Of a stretch of 64,000 nt of DNA, positions 58,101 to 64,000 are shown in pieces; the first letter of the stretch is position 1, and each line of letters opens with the position of its first letter. Below the pieces are notes generated by a model that did no database searches, had not been told where the DNA came from, and saw only the letters and a program-made list of their open reading frames with translations. A program made the translations under genes and the position numbers. Source of the DNA: Gammaproteobacteria bacterium (GTDB lineage: Bacteria; Pseudomonadota; Gammaproteobacteria; Ga0077536); assembly GCA_963662545.2 (NCBI GenBank), contig CAXXLL010000002.1:992001-1056000 (forward strand), in the 5' to 3' direction.

Positions 58101-58557
58101 GTTATTTCCTCTTATTTTCTGTTCGCAGCAGGGATCCTAATACCCCGGACTCGGGGTGACATTTATTTCCGAAAACTTCACGGTTAACCGTCCCTCTCAC
58201 TCATTCAGGAAGAACAGGAAAATACGTTTCAACACAATCATACGGCGGTGCGAGGACGCCGACCACCCATACCGAACTTCGACCTCAACCAATTCATTTC
58301 GTGCTAAGTTACGGTGCGCGCTTACATAAACATCCGGTGTTGGCTCAAAGGAGCCTCTTAGGCGCGTTCAATTCTGACACCGTCTGTAAGATCAGGTCTG
58401 AGCTATACGACCTACGTCTCGAGCCGGGGCGCCTTTCATCAATCAGCAGGGGCATGAGCGCGCGAATAAAAATAACGGCGGCGTCTTATGTAGAAACTGG
58501 AGCTACTCGAATGCGAAACTGTAAATTGAATCGTAATCACCAGAACTAAAGGTTGCA

Positions 58558-61011
58558 ATGAACGCGAACATCTTTCCCGCCCACGCCCGTGCCGTCGTCG
58601 TCGGCGGCGGCGTCATCGGTTGTTCGACGGCCTACCATCTCGCGAAGCTCGGTTGGACCGATGTGGTCCTGCTCGAGCGCAAGCAGGTCAGTTCGGGCAC
58701 GACCTGGCACGCCGCCGGACTCATCACCACGCTACGGGACAGTGAGAGCCAGACCCGCCTGGCGCAGTATTCGCTTAAGCTCTACGAGGATTTGGAAACG
58801 GAAACCGGTCAGGCGACCGGGTTCATTAAGTGCGGCTCTATCCAACTCGCGGCGACGGCCGAGAAAGCCGAGGAGATGCGCCGCGGCTGTGCGATGGCGC
58901 GCATTTTCGGGGTTGAGAACGAGGAGATCTCACCCGGCCAGATCAAGGAACTCTTTCCACTGGCCTACGTCGACGATCTCTTAACCGGCTTCTACTTTCC
59001 GGACGACGGCCGGGTCAATCCGGCCGATGTCGGGCAGGCGCTGGCCAAGGGCGCGCGACAGTACGGCGTCAACATCATCGAGGATACGCCAGTGACCGCC
59101 TTGATCGTCGAGAACGGCCGTGCGACCGGTGTGCGAACGGACAAGGGCGAGATCTGCGCCGAGGTCGTCGTGCTGTGCCCGGGCATGTGGGGCCGCGAGG
59201 TCGGGCTGATGGCGGGCGTCGACATTCCGCTGCAGGCGGCCGAGCATTACTACCTCATATCGGAGCCCATCGACGGCGTGCACAATCGGCTGCCGATCCT
59301 GCGCGACCCGGGCCGCTGCGCGTATGCGCGCGAGGAAGCCGGTAAGATCCTGCTGGGTTTCTTCGAACCCGGCGCCGCGCCCTGGGGCGTCGATGGTATT
59401 CCGGAGCATTTCTGTTTCGACGAGATCCAGCCCGATTGGGAGCGAATGGAGCCGCATATTCAACGCGGGATGGAGCGCTTACCCATCCTGTTCGATACGG
59501 GTATTCGCCAGTTTTTCTGCGGTCCCGAATCCTTTACGCCGGATCACAACTACCTCATGGGCCGCGCGCCTTACGTCGACCAGCTCTTCGTCGCCTGTGG
59601 CTTCAATTCCCTGGGGATCCTCTCGGGCGGTGGCGCGGGCTACGTCGTGGCGAACTGGATTAACGATGGCGTACAGCCGATGGATATCTGGGACGTCGAC
59701 ATCCGTCGCATTCAGCCCTGCCACAACAATAAGTCTTTCGTGGTGGATCGCGTGGTGGAGTCGCTCGGAATCGCCTACCAGATGCACTGGCCGAATCGCC
59801 AGTGGGAGACCGGGCGCAACATCAAGTTATCCATCCTGCACGACCGCCTCGCGGCCGCCGGCGCGTGTTTCGGTGAATCGGCCGGGTGGGAGCGGCCGAA
59901 CTGGTATGCCAAGCCGGGTCAGAAGCCCGTATATGAATACGACTTCGGCCGCCAGAACTGGTTCGAGAACAATGCCGAGGAACACCGCGCCGTGCGTGAA
60001 GCCGTGGGTGTCTTCGAGCAGACCTCCTTCGCCAAGATCTTCGTGCAGGGACGGGATGCGGAACGCGTTTTGAATCGCATCGCCACCGCGGACATGGCGA
60101 TGCCGCTCGGCAAGGTCGCCTACACGCAGTTCTTAAACGTGCGCGGCGGGGTCGAGGCCGATCTGACCGTTACCCGCCTGGCCGAAGATCGCTATCTGGT
60201 CGTGACGGCCGCGTTCACTTGCACCCAAGTCCATGCTTGGATCCGGGAGAATATTCCGGACGATGCCGCCTGCGTGACCACCGACGTCACGGGCGCCTAT
60301 GCGATGTTAAACGTACAGGGCCCGAATTCTCGCGCGCTCCTGTCGCAGATCTCTAGCGCCGATTTCACCACCGAATCATTTCCCTTCGGCACCATGCAGC
60401 ACATCGAGATCGGCTACCAGTCGGCGATGGCCGTGCGACTCTCCTATACGGGCGAACTCGGCTGGGAGCTCTACATCCCGACTGAGATGGCGTTACCCGT
60501 ATACGACCGCCTGATCGAAGCGGGCGCCGACCACGGCCTCAAGCATTGCGGCTACCACACCCTCAACACCCTGCGCATCGAGAAAGCCTATCGCGAGTGG
60601 GCGCATGACATGGGACCGCTGGAGACTCTGCTCGAAGCCGGTCTTGGGTTTACCTGCGCCTGGGACAAGCCCGGTGGGTTCATCGGGCGTGAATCATTGA
60701 TCGCCGAGCGCGAAGCGAACCCGCTCAACCGGCGGCTGGTGCAGTTCCTGCTGGACGACCCCGAGCCGATGCTGGTGCACAACGAGCCCATCCTGCGCGA
60801 CCGTGAAAGGGTCGGTTACACGACCTCGGCAGGCTATGCACACACCCTCGGCGCCTGCGCGGCGATGGGCTATGTCAATCACGAAGACGGTGTGACGGAC
60901 GCCTTCGTCGCTGATGGAAGCTATACGCTCGAACAGGCCAACCGCACGTACACGGCGAAAGCCTCATTGAAGCCGATGTACGATCCGAAGAGCGAGCGTA
61001 CCCGGTCTTAA
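58558..61011 (+). CDS. GcvT-family FAD-dependent oxidoreductase (sarcosine/dimethylglycine dehydrogenase-like)
   Basis: VVGGGVIG, SGTTWHAAG, GPESFTPD, GWERPNWY, SYTGELGWELY and LRIEKAY motifs. Confidence 0.93.
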   Translation: MNANIFPAHARAVVVGGGVIGCSTAYHLAKLGWTDVVLLERKQVSSGTTWHAAGLITTLRDSESQTRLAQYSLKLYEDLETETGQATGFIKCGSIQLAATAEKAEEMRRGCAMARIFGVENEEISPGQIKELFPLAYVDDLLTGFYFPDDGRVNPADVGQALAKGARQYGVNIIEDTPVTALIVENGRATGVRTDKGEICAEVVVLCPGMWGREVGLMAGVDIPLQAAEHYYLISEPIDGVHNRLPILRDPGRCAYAREEAGKILLGFFEPGAAPWGVDGIPEHFCFDEIQPDWERMEPHIQRGMERLPILFDTGIRQFFCGPESFTPDHNYLMGRAPYVDQLFVACGFNSLGILSGGGAGYVVANWINDGVQPMDIWDVDIRRIQPCHNNKSFVVDRVVESLGIAYQMHWPNRQWETGRNIKLSILHDRLAAAGACFGESAGWERPNWYAKPGQKPVYEYDFGRQNWFENNAEEHRAVREAVGVFEQTSFAKIFVQGRDAERVLNRIATADMAMPLGKVAYTQFLNVRGGVEADLTVTRLAEDRYLVVTAAFTCTQVHAWIRENIPDDAACVTTDVTGAYAMLNVQGPNSRALLSQISSADFTTESFPFGTMQHIEIGYQSAMAVRLSYTGELGWELYIPTEMALPVYDRLIEAGADHGLKHCGYHTLNTLRIEKAYREWAHDMGPLETLLEAGLGFTCAWDKPGGFIGRESLIAEREANPLNRRLVQFLLDDPEPMLVHNEPILRDRERVGYTTSAGYAHTLGACAAMGYVNHEDGVTDAFVADGSYTLEQANRTYTAKASLKPMYDPKSERTRS

Positions 61012-61280
61012 GCCGCGTCCGTCGATTTACCCCCTCTGTTTGAGTAAATTCGCTGCGTTAACAACGATTTAGCCGCCCCCGAAAGTTAGCTGTCCCGGAA
61101 TTTTCGGCGCCCGCCAGGCCGGGCATATCCTAAAGAAATGCTGTTCCCGCCCGATAACCAGCAACAGGGTTCGTGCGCCTCGCGAAGCTATGCAGCAGAT
61201 GTCTCTGGCAGACCTTGGATTTCGGCGCCGAGCCCCCTAAGACCCACGAAAAAGGCAAAAGAACCCAAGGATCGCCCCCT

Positions 61281-63059
61281 ATGCAGGCCGCACGGGAACA
61301 GATGACCAGAATTCTGCTGATCGAGGATGATGAGGCCGATTACGAGTTGACCTGCGCCATGCTCGATGACGTATCCGGTGTTCACTACGAGATCGATTGG
61401 GCACGCGATTACGACGACGGGCTCAAGGCCATTCGTTCGGCTGCGCACGACGTGTGTCTGCTCGACAATCGGCTTGGTGGCCGCAGCGGTCTCGAACTGC
61501 TTGATGCGTGCGGCGGTGCCATCGCTGCGTTACCGATCATCATCTTGACCGGTGTGGCCGACCGGCAGGTCGATGAAGCCGCCATGGAAGCAGGTGCTGC
61601 GGATTTTCTGGTTAAGGATCAACTCAGTCCCAATATTCTGGAACGGGCGGTCCGCTATGCGACCGAACGTCACCGCTTGCGCGCCGAACTCGAGCATTTA
61701 GCGAAATACGACGCCCTCACCGGTCTCGCCAGCCGCGTCCTGTTTCAGGATTTTCTCGACGGTGCGATGGCGCGCGCCGAACGCGGCAAGCGCCCCTTGG
61801 CACTGCTGTTTCTGGATCTGGACCACTTTAAATACATTAACGATACCTTCGGCCACGTAACCGGCGACGCGTTGCTGGCCGCGGTTGCCCAGCGCCTGAA
61901 GACGTGCGTGCGCACGGGTGATCTGGTCGCGCGTCTCGGCGGCGACGAGTTCGCCATCGTTCTCGATGATATCGGTACGACGGATAACGCGGCGCGGGTC
62001 GCGCGGAATATCGTCGAGGCGCTAAAGCAGCCATGCGAAATCGCCGGGCACGAAATTCACGCACAGACGAGTATCGGTATTGCGCTATATCCTAATGGCG
62101 TCAGTGATAGCGCCGAATTGATCAAGGCCGCCGATACGGCGATGTACGAAGCCAAGCGCCAGGGACGCAACACTTACCGTTTTTTTGCCCCGTCGATGCA
62201 GCAGGCCGCACGGGTCGCAGTCGACCTCGAGGCGGCGCTTGCGCAGGACGTCGCAAAGGACCAGTTCGCGATTCATTTTCAACCGCAGGTCGATGCCGCC
62301 ACGGGCATCATTGTGGGGATGGAAGCGCTGGCCCGGTGGCGGCGACATCCGCCATCGACATTCATTCCCGCAGCCGAACGCTCCGGCCTGATCATCCCGC
62401 TGGGCGATCGACTACTGCGGCGGGCATGCACGCACTTCAGTCGTTGGTGGCAGTCGGGACTGGCGGGTGTGGACGCGCGTCTAGCGGTCAACGTCTCGGC
62501 GGTACAACTCAAGGGCGACATCTTGATTGAAAGTGTATTAAAGGCGCTTGCGGCAAGCGGCCTGCCCGCGCATGTACTCGAACTCGAATTGACCGAAACG
62601 GCGGTGATGGACGATCCAGATAACGCGGTCGCCGTGCTGGAGCAGCTCGATCGATTGGGCGTGATAATCGTGACGGATGATTTTGGTACCGGTTATTCCT
62701 CGCTCACCTATCTCAACCGGCTGCCAATCCGGGCGCTCAAGATTGACTATTCCTTTGTCAAGGACATCGGCATCGACGAACAAAGCGAAACCATCATCAA
62801 GGCGACTATCGGTCTGACGCAAAATCTCGGTCTCGATGTCGTGGCCGAAGGTGTTGAAACCGAAGCGCAGGCCGCCTTCCTGCTCGATAACGGTTGTCGC
62901 GTGATGCAGGGCTGGCTGTTCAGCCGCGCGCTGCCGCCGGAGGCGATGGAACGCCGGCTTGCGGCGGGGCCGTTCGCCCCCCTGCGATTTGGAGGGTATG
63001 ACCATGCCGATGTAACCGGAGCAACCATCGTCACGGTCGGTGCTCTGGCGAGGAATTAG
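61281..63059 (+). CDS. Response regulator with REC-GGDEF-EAL domains
   Basis: ILLIEDD..LLD REC; RTGD I-site and GGDEF; EALARW, ELELTE, DDFGTGYSS and AEGVET; start at 61281 or 61302. Confidence 0.93.
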   Translation: MQAAREQMTRILLIEDDEADYELTCAMLDDVSGVHYEIDWARDYDDGLKAIRSAAHDVCLLDNRLGGRSGLELLDACGGAIAALPIIILTGVADRQVDEAAMEAGAADFLVKDQLSPNILERAVRYATERHRLRAELEHLAKYDALTGLASRVLFQDFLDGAMARAERGKRPLALLFLDLDHFKYINDTFGHVTGDALLAAVAQRLKTCVRTGDLVARLGGDEFAIVLDDIGTTDNAARVARNIVEALKQPCEIAGHEIHAQTSIGIALYPNGVSDSAELIKAADTAMYEAKRQGRNTYRFFAPSMQQAARVAVDLEAALAQDVAKDQFAIHFQPQVDAATGIIVGMEALARWRRHPPSTFIPAAERSGLIIPLGDRLLRRACTHFSRWWQSGLAGVDARLAVNVSAVQLKGDILIESVLKALAASGLPAHVLELELTETAVMDDPDNAVAVLEQLDRLGVIIVTDDFGTGYSSLTYLNRLPIRALKIDYSFVKDIGIDEQSETIIKATIGLTQNLGLDVVAEGVETEAQAAFLLDNGCRVMQGWLFSRALPPEAMERRLAAGPFAPLRFGGYDHADVTGATIVTVGALARN

Positions 63060-63077
63060 GTTGTGAACACCGAAACA

Positions 63078-64000
63078 ATGGACGTCTTTGCGTCGCGAAG
63101 TGCGAGCCCGAATCCCGCTACCCGTATACACCGGCGAATCCTGATCTATTGGCTGACTGCCGCAGGGCTTGCGGCGGCATACGCGGTATTGCGGGGCGCC
63201 ACCTGGCAGGGCACTGCTAACTTGCACACGGGCATGGAAACAGTCGCAACCATCCTCGCCCTAATGGCAGGGCTATTACTGTTACGCCGCTGGCGCCGTG
63301 TCGGCGGCTCGCTGCCGCTCATCCTCGGCGTCGGATTCATCGGCACCGGATTCCTCGACGGTTACCACGCACTGGTGACCTCGGCGGCGTTGAAACACTA
63401 CCTGCCGTCCGACCTGGCCTCGTTGATCCCGTGGAGTTGGATCGCCTCGCGGCTCTATCTCTCATTGCTGCTGTTAATGAGCATCGCGGTATGGCGGCGC
63501 GAGCAGCGCCTGGGCGCCGCCGGGCGCGTCGATACCGACACCATTTTCCTCGGCTGCATCGCGTTGACCCTGCTCAGCTTTCTGTTCTTCTCCCTGGTGC
63601 CGCTGCCGCCGGCTTATTACCCCGAAATACTCTTTCATCGCCCCGAGGAATTCGTCCCGGCGATTTTCTTTGGCATCGCACTGTCGGGCTACCTTCGCAA
63701 GGGCGACTGGCGCCACGACGTCTTCGAGCATTGGCTGGTGCTGGCGCTGATCATCAATCTGGTCGCGCAGGTGGTGTTCATGTCCTTTTCCGGGCGGCTG
63801 TTCGATTTCGAGTTCGATGCTGCGCACATGCTGAAGAAGCTGAGCTATATGTGCGTGCTGTGTGGGCTGGTATGGAGCCACCTGCAGGGCAGCGATCGGC
63901 GCCAGCCGGCAAGCCTTGTTGGCGGAACGCCGCATAGGGGTGCGGTGCTCGCCGGCGTTTCGTTCGGCATTGCCCGGCAGATCGTGCTCATGATCTCGCT
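63078..64000 (+). CDS. Membrane sensor protein with MASE3-like N-terminal domain (runs off window)
   Basis: Open frame from ATG 63078, absent from the ORF track because it has no stop: LHT.ME, GF.GTGFLDGYH, WSW.ASR, AH.LK..SY and multiple TM helices. Confidence 0.8.
   Translation, partial: MDVFASRSASPNPATRIHRRILIYWLTAAGLAAAYAVLRGATWQGTANLHTGMETVATILALMAGLLLLRRWRRVGGSLPLILGVGFIGTGFLDGYHALVTSAALKHYLPSDLASLIPWSWIASRLYLSLLLLMSIAVWRREQRLGAAGRVDTDTIFLGCIALTLLSFLFFSLVPLPPAYYPEILFHRPEEFVPAIFFGIALSGYLRKGDWRHDVFEHWLVLALIINLVAQVVFMSFSGRLFDFEFDAAHMLKKLSYMCVLCGLVWSHLQGSDRRQPASLVGGTPHRGAVLAGVSFGIARQIVLMIS

Noticed and set aside
1-64000. rRNA or tRNA genes
   Set aside because: No cloverleaf with T-arm consensus or rRNA-like segment recognised in the intergenic regions

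Overview
High-GC bacterial window, probably from an environmental Gammaproteobacterium (inference from gene content only). It has four parts. (1) 1-5670 is a chromosomal-type integron: four homogeneous ~110-bp attC sites, a candidate attI, four complete cassettes (two paralogous membrane-anchored unknowns, one IS3-interrupted cassette, a BrnT/BrnA toxin-antitoxin) and an intI whose long N-terminal extension is separated from the catalytic part by one in-frame TAG. (2) A long catabolic region holds a TPP decarboxylase, two DUF3237 genes, an acyl-CoA ligase, acyl-CoA dehydrogenases, a divergent acetone-carboxylase-like acxABC, a 5-oxoprolinase, a second hydantoinase A/B pair, CaiB CoA-transferases, a styrene-oxide-isomerase homologue coupled to a diiron protein, a bare TTQ amine dehydrogenase gene pair, and LLM, MetE-like and GcvT-like enzymes. 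(3) 44788-50265 is a non-canonical chaperone-usher-like pilus locus with a sigma-54 promoter and a helically phased set of four TGTGA-N6-TCACA-type boxes. (4) A REC-GGDEF-EAL gene and a MASE3-type sensor run to the window end. Scattered through it are an IS630, an IS5-like MITE, REP-like hairpins, several truncated genes, and three copies of a 165-bp CTAG-flanked element whose stems covary and whose mismatches resolve as G-U pairs on one strand only. Family calls come from motif recognition, not database searches.
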